Source of the DNA: an uncultured Nitrospiraceae bacterium
GTDB taxonomy: Bacteria; Nitrospirota; Nitrospiria; Nitrospirales; Nitrospiraceae
Direction of reading: 5' to 3'
Assembly (NCBI GenBank): GCA_963730935.1
Contig: CAVSTP010000003.1
Coordinates: 542,292 to 606,291, forward strand
DNA: 64,000 nucleotides
A program made the translations under genes and the position numbers. The notes below the pieces were generated by a model, which saw nothing but the letters and a program-made list of their open reading frames with translations, did no database searches and was not told the DNA's origin. Positions within the stretch are counted from its first letter, which is position 1. Each line of letters opens with the position of its first letter. This document shows positions 48,028 to 57,265 of this stretch, one piece after another.

Positions 48028-48621
48028 ATGAAGCCACTTTTTCCCGGTATCTGGCAGTGGTCCTGGTTTTCCGAAGAGAAGCAGTTGAATTTCAACGGCC
48101 TGTTTCTCACGGTCGGAGAACATAAAATTCTTGTCGATCCGCCTCCCATGACGGCAGAGGCCAGCACCTTTATCCGACGACAGGGTCAACTCGACTACAT
48201 TATCGTGACGAATCGAGACCATGCGCGTGAAGCGGGGGCTTGCCAGTCGGATTTCCGCTGCCAGTTGCAAGTTCCCGATGCCGATGCGCCTCAGATGGAT
48301 CTCAAACCGTCCAAGACCTTCAAGGACCAAGAACTGTTGCCCGGCGGCCTCTGGGTCATTCACCTGCAGGATCAGAAATCGCCTGGTGAATCGGCGTTGT
48401 TTCTTCAACAGGGGAAAGGTGTGCTCATCGTCGGCGATGCATTGATCGGCAAACCGCCCGGCGCGCTGTCGTTATTGCCGCCGGAGAAATATGCCGATGC
48501 GGCCAAAGCCAAAGCAGGGCTGCGCCGTCTTTTGAAATATCAATTTGACGCCATCCTTGTCGGCGATGGAACCTCGATGCTCACGGACGCGAAAGCGGCT
48601 GTTGAACAGGCCGTCGCCTAG
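48028..48621 (+). CDS. Metallo-beta-lactamase-fold-like protein with a degenerate metal motif
   Basis: MBL-like layout (NGLFLTVGEHKILVDPP...YIIVTNRDHAREAG...ILVGDG), but the HxHxDH box reads TNRDH. Confidence 0.5.
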   Translation: MKPLFPGIWQWSWFSEEKQLNFNGLFLTVGEHKILVDPPPMTAEASTFIRRQGQLDYIIVTNRDHAREAGACQSDFRCQLQVPDADAPQMDLKPSKTFKDQELLPGGLWVIHLQDQKSPGESALFLQQGKGVLIVGDALIGKPPGALSLLPPEKYADAAKAKAGLRRLLKYQFDAILVGDGTSMLTDAKAAVEQAVA

Positions 48622-48649
48622 CCTGTGACGAATCGGTTGACGACATCCC

Positions 48650-49474
48650 ATGCCACTCAAGAACGGGCTATCCGAAGAATTGAACCGGCAGGGCAACGAA
48701 CATTTTGGCCGCGGCCACTATACTGAAGCCTATGCCTGCTACGCCAAGGCCCTCGAATGCGATCGTCTCACCGGTGATCAGCGGGCGTTGGCGGCAACGC
48801 TGGGGAATTTAGGGAATATTTGCGCCGTGAGCGGCCGGCGCGACGCGGCCCAGAATTATTATCAGGAAGTCCTGGAGTTGCAGAAAATCTTCGGAGACGA
48901 AAAGGGCATTGGCACCACGTTGGCGAACCTTGGAAACTTGCGCGCGGATGCAGGGGAATGGGACCGCGCCAAGGCCTATTATCTCGAGGCGCTCGATTTG
49001 ATGATGAAGACGCACGATGAAGCCGCCAAGGCCGTGCTGTTTTCAGATTTGGGCCTGATCGCCAGGGAACAGGGCCAGTTCCACGAGGCGATTGCCTATT
49101 ACGAGAAGTCGATGCTTTTGATGCGCCGGCTGGGCAACGATGGCGGAGTGGCCGATGCCTGGCGCATGATGGGCCGCACGTTCTTGCTTCAAAAGCGGTT
49201 TGACGACGCGGTCGCCTGCGGCCATACCAGCCAGTCGATTGCGGAACGGTTCCGCGACGAACTCCGTAACGGCGGGGCGCGGTATCTGCTGGCCGACTGT
49301 TATGAAGCCATGGGCCGGGTAGAGGAAGCGGCTCAGTTGCTCGAACTGGTGGTTGCGATGGACCGAAAGTATCAACTGCCTAAGCTGGAAGAGAATACCA
49401 GACGGTTGCACGCGCTACGGGAGCGGCTCTCGAATGACGCCTCACGAGAGGCTGCCAGGGAGTCACACGGATGA
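48650..49474 (+). CDS. Tetratricopeptide-repeat (TPR) protein
   Basis: About six tandem ~40-aa repeats of the type A.TLGNLGN......G....A..YY..AL. Confidence 0.8.
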   Translation: MPLKNGLSEELNRQGNEHFGRGHYTEAYACYAKALECDRLTGDQRALAATLGNLGNICAVSGRRDAAQNYYQEVLELQKIFGDEKGIGTTLANLGNLRADAGEWDRAKAYYLEALDLMMKTHDEAAKAVLFSDLGLIAREQGQFHEAIAYYEKSMLLMRRLGNDGGVADAWRMMGRTFLLQKRFDDAVACGHTSQSIAERFRDELRNGGARYLLADCYEAMGRVEEAAQLLELVVAMDRKYQLPKLEENTRRLHALRERLSNDASREAARESHG

Positions 49475-49908
49475 GTGAGACTATGTTACCGCAGTGGAAG
49501 GAAGCTCGGACGACGTTGGCCAAAGCGTTTCCACAACTCTACGAGCTGGAGCCTGACGGCCCTCTGGCCCTTGACCTCGGGACTGACGGTTGGTTGCTGG
49601 AGATCAAGCCGGACGGCAAGTTGCTCTGCCAGTACGGCGTTGCGATGGACGATGTCATGAGCCTCCTGTCCGAGGGGACGCCTGAGGACTTAGGTACGGA
49701 CGAGGTGGCCAAGCAGGCCAAGTACTTCATCCAACCCGCCGTCTCGAAATTCCGGCCGTTGCTGCTGCAATCGGGATTTTCCGAGCAAACGGAGATGACC
49801 GAGGAGTATGTGGCGGTGACGTTCGAGCGCGAGGTGGATTTGGGGAATCTCTCCAAAGTCCAGGACCTCGTGCGCTGGTGCTGCCGGCAGATCGGCGGAG
49901 CGCCATGA
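49471..49908 (+). CDS. Hypothetical protein (145 aa), translationally coupled on both sides
   Basis: ATGA overlaps at both ends (49471-49474 and 49905-49908). Acidic, soluble-looking. No family recognised. Confidence 0.55.
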   Translation: MSETMLPQWKEARTTLAKAFPQLYELEPDGPLALDLGTDGWLLEIKPDGKLLCQYGVAMDDVMSLLSEGTPEDLGTDEVAKQAKYFIQPAVSKFRPLLLQSGFSEQTEMTEEYVAVTFEREVDLGNLSKVQDLVRWCCRQIGGAP

Positions 49909-50972
49909 GGCCGTCCATCAAGACCTTCGAAGATTTCCGCGACACCCTGTCGGCGTATTGCCTCCCTCGGGTGATTCTGACTGCGCTCGAACTGAAGCTC
50001 TTCACAGTGATCGGCAAAAATACCTGGCAATTGGAGGACCTTGCGCGCGAACTGAAAGTGAGCGAGCGCGGGCTGTCGATCTTGTGTCGGAATCTGGCCA
50101 TGGCCGGACTGCTGCACAAAAAGGGAAATCGCTATCGCAACAGCCCGCTTGCCGCGACTGCCTTGAACGCCGACGATCCGGCTTATCGCGGAAGCTATTT
50201 GCACCTGATCACGAACCATTCGACCGACTGGTTGCGCCTGATGGAATCGATCAGAACGGGAGAGCCGCTGGATAAAGACGAACCGGAAGCACCGGACTAC
50301 CGCCGCCAGTTTACCTGGGCCATGCACCATCGGACGCTGGAGACGGCGCCGATGATCGCCGCCCAACTGCCCCTAAAAGGGGTCAGGACGTTGCTCGATC
50401 TCGGAGGAGGGCCGGGAACGTATGCGATGGCGTTTCTCGCCAAGAACCCTGGTCTTCAGGCCACGGTCTGCGACCGTCCAGCTGCATTGGAGGTGGCCAG
50501 AGAGATTGCGGCGACACACAAGGCAGGCGCTCGTCTCTCGTATCTACCGGTGGACCTATTGAGTGACGACATCCCTGGACGGTTTGATGTGATCTGGTAT
50601 TCCAATGTGCTCCACATTTACTCGCCCGAGCAAAATTTCCAGGTGTTCCGCCGTGCCAGGGCAGCGCTGGCTGACGGGGGCCGCTTGATCATTCAGGATG
50701 CATTCCTGCACGGTCGCGAGGGGTTGTTCCCCGAAGAAGCCTCCCTATTCGCGGTGTCCATGTTGCTGTTCACAGAATCAGGCAATACCTATTCCGTGGC
50801 AGACACGACATCGTGGTTAAAGGAAGCGGGTTTTTCGTCCGTCAGGCCGTTGAAGATGGCGAGGGGGAAGGAGGATTGGGAGGGCGGGATCCTCGAGGCC
50901 GTAGTCCCTGCAAGACCGTCCAAAACGCGCGCCCCCCGAAGACGATCAGCGCGAAATTCGCGCTCCCGCTGA
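49905..50972 (+). CDS. Class I SAM-dependent O-methyltransferase (family 2, with N-terminal winged-helix dimerisation domain)
   Basis: SAM motif LLDLGGGPGTYAMAF, a downstream DVIWYSNVLH block, and an N-terminal wHTH-like segment (ALELKLFTVIG...LEDLARELKVSERGLSILCRNLAMAGLL). Confidence 0.8.
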   Translation: MRPSIKTFEDFRDTLSAYCLPRVILTALELKLFTVIGKNTWQLEDLARELKVSERGLSILCRNLAMAGLLHKKGNRYRNSPLAATALNADDPAYRGSYLHLITNHSTDWLRLMESIRTGEPLDKDEPEAPDYRRQFTWAMHHRTLETAPMIAAQLPLKGVRTLLDLGGGPGTYAMAFLAKNPGLQATVCDRPAALEVAREIAATHKAGARLSYLPVDLLSDDIPGRFDVIWYSNVLHIYSPEQNFQVFRRARAALADGGRLIIQDAFLHGREGLFPEEASLFAVSMLLFTESGNTYSVADTTSWLKEAGFSSVRPLKMARGKEDWEGGILEAVVPARPSKTRAPRRRSARNSRSR

Positions 50973-51270
50973 CCACACTGAGGGCGAGCGTGAGATCCGA
51001 CCCCTCGCGTCCTCCCAGAATGCTGACCACTGTGGCGAGGTCGACCGCTAATCCAATGGTGCCGTAGACGACAGCCGCCATCGCGGCCCAACCCCATCCC
51101 AACAGAATGGCCCCAGCCAGGCCAAGCGGCAGCAGCACGAGAAAGAGCCACCACAGGACATGAGGCGATCCCGGCATGGCCGGAGACAGGACGAGCAACA
51201 AGGTGGCGACACCAACTGCAGCGAGGGTGAGCAGCGTGACGAGTAAGATCTGTCGATGGGGCATGTGCAA
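50842..51270 (-). CDS. Hypothetical 4-TM membrane protein
   Basis: Four clear hydrophobic helices. The Pro/Ser-rich tail overlaps the 3' end of the methyltransferase gene by 131 nt, tail to tail. Confidence 0.5.
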   Translation of the reverse strand: MHMPHRQILLVTLLTLAAVGVATLLLVLSPAMPGSPHVLWWLFLVLLPLGLAGAILLGWGWAAMAAVVYGTIGLAVDLATVVSILGGREGSDLTLALSVVSGSANFALIVFGGRAFWTVLQGLRPRGSRPPNPPSPSPSSTA

Positions 51271-51317
51271 ATCTTACTGGTCGCGCCATGAACGGGCAAC
51301 CATGCACAGGCCGAGCT

Positions 51318-51713
51318 ATGGACGAGCCGTTTTCTCGCGATACGCCACAATGTCTCATCTATGACGGCCGCTGCCGGATGTGCGTCACGGCCAAGGGTGG
51401 TCTCGAGCGGCTGGCCGGTAAAGGCAAGGCTCTGCGTATGATCCCGTATCAGAGCGAGGAGGCCGAACGGTTGCTGGGCCCACGATACCATGGGGGTCGA
51501 CCAGAGGCCGCCTTTCTGGTCGCTGCCGATGGCCGGATCGCCACTGGGCTGGACGCCTTTCTCCCGCTGCTTCCTGGGTTAAAGGGGGGGCGTATCCTGG
51601 CCAGGCTGTTCGCCTTTCCGTTTGTGAAACCGCTTGGCTATTGGGTCTACAGGCTGGTAGCTAAGTACCGCTACGAGGTCTTTGGAGAAGTCCCTCTCGA
51701 CCGGAAGGACTAA
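51318..51713 (+). CDS. Thiol-disulfide oxidoreductase, DCC family (DUF393)
   Basis: The characteristic N-terminal motif CLIYDGRCRMC (D-G-x-C-x-x-C), and a size of about 130 aa. Confidence 0.75.
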   Translation: MDEPFSRDTPQCLIYDGRCRMCVTAKGGLERLAGKGKALRMIPYQSEEAERLLGPRYHGGRPEAAFLVAADGRIATGLDAFLPLLPGLKGGRILARLFAFPFVKPLGYWVYRLVAKYRYEVFGEVPLDRKD

Positions 51714-51853
51714 TTGTCCTCTACTCCGTTGCCTCTGCAACTTTTGATCGGTTGGGAACACCACCCCCTTTTGGGGGATTGTCCCCCACAGCGGGGAATG
51801 TTCAGCATAGGTCGGTTCCTGGCATAGTCGGTACAGGAACGGGAGGCCTGAAT

Positions 51854-52729
51854 ATGCCGTCTACCTTGAGGTTAGGAAGTCTGGTCTTCACGATCATTGC
51901 CTTCCCGGTGCTGGGTCTGGCGGGCGAGCCGGCAGCCGTTCCAGCCGCGAACGCGCAGGTCGTCGTCGCAGCCGGATTCGGATTTCAGGACGAAGAAGCC
52001 TCCTCTATCACCGTCAAGACCTACGATGCGCAATCCGGGGAAGTGCTTTCCGCGGACACCTACGAACTCGATATCAAGGACGATGGCCCTTCTTCCAGCC
52101 ATCCTCGCACGCGAATCTTTGCCGGAGGAGTCGGGGCAGGGACCGGCAGTCTTTCGGAATTTACCCTTCGGGTCTACGATGCATCGAACGGACGTTTTCT
52201 CTGGGAAGGTCGTCTGAACCTCACCCCCGGCGAACATCCGGAGGTCGGGACACACCGAGTCGTGGCGCACGTCCAACCGCGAGCAGCGGCCACTAGGGTT
52301 GCTGCCAGACCAAAAGACGCCGGACAGCCCCATTTCGTCCTTCGCGCTCTGAATCCTCAGACAGGACAGTTGGTGTGGGCCGACGAATTTTCTACGGAAG
52401 CCCCGGAGGTGCGGATCGAGCGGATTAGCCGAAGCGTCATCGGCATGACGGGAACGGCACCGCGTGATATCGATTTCCGGATCAAGATGCCGGATCAAGC
52501 CGGCCGGCGGTGGTTATGGGAGGATAAGATTGAACCCGCCGATGAGGACAGTGAGGCCTCTGCGCCCGATCAGTCGGATGAGACGGCGGGATTCTTCCGA
52601 CATGATCGTCAGATTACGATTCCTTCGGCCGCCCTTCCTGCCAGTGCGCCATCCAGCGGGATTGGAATTGATCGTAGGACAGTGACAGTTCGGCTTGCAT
52701 CGCGGCCGGCAGGCTTTGCTTTTTCTTGA
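51854..52729 (+). CDS. Secreted repeat protein (four PQQ/beta-propeller-like blades by eye)
   Basis: RBS GGGAGG and a signal peptide. Four repeats of a V.xYDAxxGxxLW-type unit (TVKTYDAQSGEVL, TLRVYDASNGRFLW, VLRALNPQTGQLVW, MPDQAGRRWLW). Confidence 0.55.
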   Translation: MPSTLRLGSLVFTIIAFPVLGLAGEPAAVPAANAQVVVAAGFGFQDEEASSITVKTYDAQSGEVLSADTYELDIKDDGPSSSHPRTRIFAGGVGAGTGSLSEFTLRVYDASNGRFLWEGRLNLTPGEHPEVGTHRVVAHVQPRAAATRVAARPKDAGQPHFVLRALNPQTGQLVWADEFSTEAPEVRIERISRSVIGMTGTAPRDIDFRIKMPDQAGRRWLWEDKIEPADEDSEASAPDQSDETAGFFRHDRQITIPSAALPASAPSSGIGIDRRTVTVRLASRPAGFAFS

Positions 52730-54062
52730 GCCTGGCCAACAATTGCTGCACTTCGTGCATCCCGTAGCGATTGATGAGATACCGGGTTGCTGAATCCGCC
52801 TCCAGGTAGGCCACAGAGGCCGCTTCGCTCGAAAGCTCGTTCCAACTACCTTCCAGCGCGGTCAATGGAATCACGGAAAGCTCATGCCGGCGAAGTTGGT
52901 CGATGTCCGGCCAATGATCGCTGGACAGCTGCATGGCCAGCCCTTCGTTGAGCCAGGTCGGTAAGGCGTTCTGGTTCACGCCCTGCTGATCGTGCAGCAA
53001 TGCGTGGACGAATTCATGGCGCAGCACCCGCTTCAACCAGGCCCGGTCCGTCAACGCCCCTTGCGTCGGCAGGTGAATGCGACCTAAGACCGGATCGAAC
53101 AATCCATCGGCCCAGGCAGGACTACCGGTATTGGCTTGAAAGCTCGCATTCGGGTGCAGGACGACGACTATAGGTTTCGAGGGGAAATGCCCGAACTTTT
53201 GGCCCACTTCCCTGTAGGCCTCTTCGAGGATATCCAGCACAATCGTCCAAGAATCCTGATCGCCGTGTCCGTCGTATTTGACCGTGAAGTGAGCGCCGTC
53301 ACGGCTCGTCAGCCGGCTTTCCATGTGATCGGCCTGCTGCATTTTCGAAGTTACCGTGCGCAGGTAGGACTGCGCGGACGGATCGTCTGCCGACCGTTGG
53401 GAGGCCTGATCCAAATGGCGGGCCGCTTCACCGAGGCGCCCGTGCTCCTGGAGCCAGTCGGCTAACGCGACATGCGGGAACGGGTCCTGCGGCGCCAGCG
53501 CAACCAGCCGTTCGAGGAAGTCCTGATTCATCGCGGGATCGCGTTGCTCCCAGTACCCGTGGGCCAGGTTCATCTGGATGACGGGATTGTTCGGATCGAG
53601 AGAGGCCGCTTTCTTGAACGCCTTGAGCGAGCCCTTGGTTCCCTCGAGCTTTTCCTGCTCGATGCCGAGATTGTTCCAAAGAATCGCGACATAGGAGCGG
53701 GTGCGCGCGTCGGCTTGTACGGCCTCAGGCAGGTCGTGCAGTTGCGCCTCAGCCGTCTTCAGGTTACCTTTCTCGATCTCTTCCCGAATCGCTTCCAAGG
53801 TTCTACGGTGCTTGGTGTCGGGCACCCCACCCGCATCAATGACGCGCAGTTGTTTTTGAGCCGGTGCCGGAGGTTCCTCAGGGGGTGGTTCATAGGCCGA
53901 GTCAGCGACGCGGTCCGTCCGATCGATCGTCGAGTTATGATCGACGGGTGCCGGTGGCGGAGTTTGGATATAGACAGGCTTGAGGACCGCCTCGTAGACG
54001 ATAAACAGTCCCAGCACGCCTGCAATCGGATAGAGGATATTGGAAATGTTTCGACGGTACAT
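52614..54062 (-). CDS. Membrane-anchored TPR protein with a zinc-metallopeptidase-like (HExxH) C-terminal domain
   Basis: N-terminal TM (ILYPIAGVLGLFIVY), TPR-like repeats, and HEFVHALLHD (HExxH) with a downstream NEGLAM. Confidence 0.65.
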   Translation of the reverse strand: MYRRNISNILYPIAGVLGLFIVYEAVLKPVYIQTPPPAPVDHNSTIDRTDRVADSAYEPPPEEPPAPAQKQLRVIDAGGVPDTKHRRTLEAIREEIEKGNLKTAEAQLHDLPEAVQADARTRSYVAILWNNLGIEQEKLEGTKGSLKAFKKAASLDPNNPVIQMNLAHGYWEQRDPAMNQDFLERLVALAPQDPFPHVALADWLQEHGRLGEAARHLDQASQRSADDPSAQSYLRTVTSKMQQADHMESRLTSRDGAHFTVKYDGHGDQDSWTIVLDILEEAYREVGQKFGHFPSKPIVVVLHPNASFQANTGSPAWADGLFDPVLGRIHLPTQGALTDRAWLKRVLRHEFVHALLHDQQGVNQNALPTWLNEGLAMQLSSDHWPDIDQLRRHELSVIPLTALEGSWNELSSEAASVAYLEADSATRYLINRYGMHEVQQLLARLKKKQSLPAAMQAELSLSYDQFQSRWMAHWQEGRPKES

Positions 54063-54207
54063 GAAGACCGACCATTTCAGTCTGCGGTCAGTCTAGCACT
54101 AAGGATCCCTACGCCAAAGAAATGTAAGGAAATCTACAGGACTTCTCGGTATGTCGGGGCCGGCTTCCGTTGAGGAGGCATTAGGGCTGTGATACGATCG
54201 GCCCTCA

Positions 54208-56748
54208 ATGTGGCGCTCCTCCGAGCCCAATCCTCTGACCCACTTCCAACAATGGTTGGACCGCCTCGCGCGTCCTATTGAATTCGCCAGCCGCGACGCA
54301 TGTGCCCATCTTCCCACGGTCAAAAATTTGAGCAGCTTCGTCTCCTCGCAGGTCCTGGGGGCGCTCTCAGACCGTGTCTATCCGAAATCCGTTGAAGCCG
54401 CCTTGCTCAAGCTTCGAGCATTGTTTGTGGAGGACCAGGGGCGATTGACGACCGACGAGCAACAGCGCCGGTTGCTCGAGGCTGCCGCAATTGTGAAATC
54501 ACTGCGCGACGCCGCCCATGACCAGCGACAGGTGTGGGAGCAGCCGGAGCCGCTCAAGACCTCAGAGGATGAGTCTCGGCGAGCCCCTTCGCGTGACGTC
54601 GGTCATTTGCCGATCAGATTCGCCAAAGGTGTCGGTCCGAAGCGTAGCTCGCTCATGGAACGGTTGGGCATCGAAACCGTCGAAGATGCGCTCTGGACCG
54701 TGCCTTGGCGCTACGAAGACCGCTCGGTGATGACGCCACTGGGCGATCTGGTCCCCGGCATGGTGACAGCCGTGTGTGCAACGGTGGCCAAAAGCACCGT
54801 GAAGCGAACGAGAAACAGGCGTTTCACGGTGTTGGAAGTAGGGTTGGAAGACCACACGGGACGCATGCAGGCAGTGTTCTTCAACCAGTCCTATCTGGAG
54901 CAGGTATTGGCCGTGGGCAGATCGGTCATGATGAGCGGGCGCATCATTGCCGGACGACAGGGGTGGATGGTCCCCAGAATGGAAGTCTCTCAGTATGAAG
55001 TCGTGGGCGAAGGCAGCGAGTACACGCTGCATGTGGGGCGCATCGTGCCGATTTACCATGAGACGAAGGGATGGACGTCCCGCCAGATGCGCGTGCTGGT
55101 GAAGGGACTGTTGGATGAGCACGCGGCCGGTCTCAAGGACACATTGCCGGTCGCCGTACGGGCCAGGCAGCGGCTGATGCCGGTGCAGGAGGCGCTGGCC
55201 GACGTGCATTTCCCCAAATCCGGCGCCGATCTCCCGTCGTTCGACCAAGGCCGATCGCCGGCACACCGACGGCTGGCGTTCGAGGAGCTGTTCCTTCTGC
55301 AAGTGGCGCTCGCTGCGCGGCAGCGGTCCGTCCAGATGGAGGAAAAAAGTTTGCAGTTCAATCCGAGGACGCCTCTTCTGGAAAGACTGGGACGCGCCTT
55401 GCCGTTTCAATTGACGGCTGCGCAGGATGTTGTCGTCCGAGAGATCTTTCGCGACATGCTCTCGCCTCGGCCGATGAACCGGTTGGTGCAGGGTGACGTG
55501 GGATCGGGAAAAACAGTCGTGGCGCTCCATGCGATCGTCATGGCCTGCGGTTCCGGCTATCAGGCCGCGCTTATGGCGCCCACCGAAATCCTGGCGGAAC
55601 AGCACTACCGAAATCTCAGTCGACTCTTGGATACGCTTGGGTTGAAGGCGGCGCTGTTGCGAGGCAGCGATAAGGCGGCGGTCAAGAAATCTCAACTGGC
55701 TCAGCTCGCCTCAGGTCAGATTCAGGTGGCGATCGGCACACACGCCCTGATCCAGAAAAGTGTAAAGTTCCAGAACCTGGCGCTCGCGGTCGTAGATGAA
55801 CAGCACAAGTTCGGAGTGCTGCAGCGCAAAACCCTGAGTGACAAAGCCTACAAGCCCGATGTGCTCGTCTTGACCGCGACGCCGATTCCACGGACGCTGG
55901 CCATGACCGTCTACGGCGATCTGGATGTCTCGGTCATTGGTGCGCTGCCGCCGGGACGGAAACCGGTCCGGACGTTTCTCTTCGGAGACGCGCATCGCAG
56001 GCGGGCCTATCAGATTCTCCGGGACGAATTGCACAATAAGCGGCAGGCCTATGTGGTGTATCCGTTGGTCGAGGAATCCGAAAAGTCCGATTTGCAGGCG
56101 GCGATTCAAGGGGCTGAGCGATTACAGAATGAAGAGTTCAAGGATTTCCGGGTCGGGCTCCTGCACGGGCGGATGAAGCAGTCTGAGAAAGAAGCGGTCA
56201 TGGCGGATTTCATGGCCGGCAAGATCCATCTCTTGGTGGCGACGACCGTCATCGAGGTCGGTGTGGATGTCCCGAATGCGACCATTATGATGATCGAGCA
56301 TGCCGAGCGCTTCGGTCTCGCGCAACTCCACCAATTGCGGGGACGGGTCGGCCGAGCCGGGCACCAGTCCTACTGTCTGCTCATGGCGGCCACCCTCGGC
56401 CGCCACCGGGTGCCGCCGGGGAAACGGCCGACGGGAAATCAGGAGCCGGCGTCGTTGGTCAAAGAGCGGTTGGAGGCCTTGGTACGGTCGAACGACGGAT
56501 TCGAGATTGCGGAAGAAGACCTGCGAATCAGAGGGCCGGGGGAATTCTTCGGCTTCCGGCAATGGGGCATGCCGGAGTTCCGCGTGGCCAACATCGTGAG
56601 GGATGGCGACTTGCTGCAGCTGGCCAGATCGGAAGCCTTTTCCTTGGTGAAGCAGGATCCCCAGTTGAGTGCCCCGGCGCATCAACGCATCAAGGAGATG
56701 ATGCTGCGGAAGTGGGAAAAAAAGTTGGATTTGGGATCGGTGAGTTGA
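54208..56748 (+). CDS. recG: ATP-dependent DNA helicase RecG (with a ~125-aa N-terminal extension)
   Basis: Wedge-domain entry (IRFAKGVGPKRSSLMERLGIETVEDALWTVPWRYEDRS), helicase motifs GDVGSGKT and VVDEQHKFGV, and the TRG-region QLHQLRGRVGRG. Confidence 0.93.
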   Translation: MWRSSEPNPLTHFQQWLDRLARPIEFASRDACAHLPTVKNLSSFVSSQVLGALSDRVYPKSVEAALLKLRALFVEDQGRLTTDEQQRRLLEAAAIVKSLRDAAHDQRQVWEQPEPLKTSEDESRRAPSRDVGHLPIRFAKGVGPKRSSLMERLGIETVEDALWTVPWRYEDRSVMTPLGDLVPGMVTAVCATVAKSTVKRTRNRRFTVLEVGLEDHTGRMQAVFFNQSYLEQVLAVGRSVMMSGRIIAGRQGWMVPRMEVSQYEVVGEGSEYTLHVGRIVPIYHETKGWTSRQMRVLVKGLLDEHAAGLKDTLPVAVRARQRLMPVQEALADVHFPKSGADLPSFDQGRSPAHRRLAFEELFLLQVALAARQRSVQMEEKSLQFNPRTPLLERLGRALPFQLTAAQDVVVREIFRDMLSPRPMNRLVQGDVGSGKTVVALHAIVMACGSGYQAALMAPTEILAEQHYRNLSRLLDTLGLKAALLRGSDKAAVKKSQLAQLASGQIQVAIGTHALIQKSVKFQNLALAVVDEQHKFGVLQRKTLSDKAYKPDVLVLTATPIPRTLAMTVYGDLDVSVIGALPPGRKPVRTFLFGDAHRRRAYQILRDELHNKRQAYVVYPLVEESEKSDLQAAIQGAERLQNEEFKDFRVGLLHGRMKQSEKEAVMADFMAGKIHLLVATTVIEVGVDVPNATIMMIEHAERFGLAQLHQLRGRVGRAGHQSYCLLMAATLGRHRVPPGKRPTGNQEPASLVKERLEALVRSNDGFEIAEEDLRIRGPGEFFGFRQWGMPEFRVANIVRDGDLLQLARSEAFSLVKQDPQLSAPAHQRIKEMMLRKWEKKLDLGSVS

Positions 56749-56753
56749 CAGCC

Positions 56754-56893
56754 GCGGGTCCTGTCCTCGACCAGCCCGACCGTCCTCGCACCCCGCCCGG
56801 TGTAGGGACTCCGCTGCGGGCGCTTGGTGAAGGCCGCGTCCCGGCGCGGCTGGGTGGGCGGGTGAGAAGATCTCCCAGGTCGAGGCCACCCAC
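56754..56893 (+). repeat. Palindromic 3'-UTR repeat, long form (140 nt), copy C
   Basis: GCGGGTCCTGTCCTCGACC...CCCGCCCGGTGTAGGGACTCCGCT...GCCGCGTCCCGGCGCGGCTGGGTGGGCGGGTGAGAAG...GGTCGAGGCCACCCAC. It begins 5 nt after the recG stop. Confidence 0.88.
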
Positions 56894-56941
56894 TGAAGGA
56901 GAAACCCGATCACGGTGTGAGTATGAGAGGGGTGAAGGCTA

Positions 56942-57265
56942 ATGGGCTTGCTGCAGCGGTTAAAGCATGATCTGAAGTCGGGGCTGGCGACGCTCCGGTT
57001 GGGCACGGCGCAGGCCGCCAATCGCGCACTCGAGGAGACGGAGTTGTTGCGTCTCCGCCTCGAACTCCGGCGGATCGATCAGGAATTGAAGGAGCTGTAT
57101 CGCGACGTGGGTGAGCGGGCCGTGAGTCTTCGTGAGGCCGGTGAGCCCGTAGAACGTGTCTTGTACGATACGGAGATTGCCCGCCTCGTGAAGGACATCC
57201 AGCAGTTGAAAGAGACGAGCGCCAAGCTAGAAGCTGAAATGCAGGAAATTCGCGACGCAGAATGA
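56942..57265 (+). CDS. Hypothetical coiled-coil protein (107 aa)
   Basis: Heptad-rich, highly charged sequence. The stop overlaps the start of the downstream Ppx/GppA gene (ATGA). Confidence 0.55.
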   Translation: MGLLQRLKHDLKSGLATLRLGTAQAANRALEETELLRLRLELRRIDQELKELYRDVGERAVSLREAGEPVERVLYDTEIARLVKDIQQLKETSAKLEAEMQEIRDAE

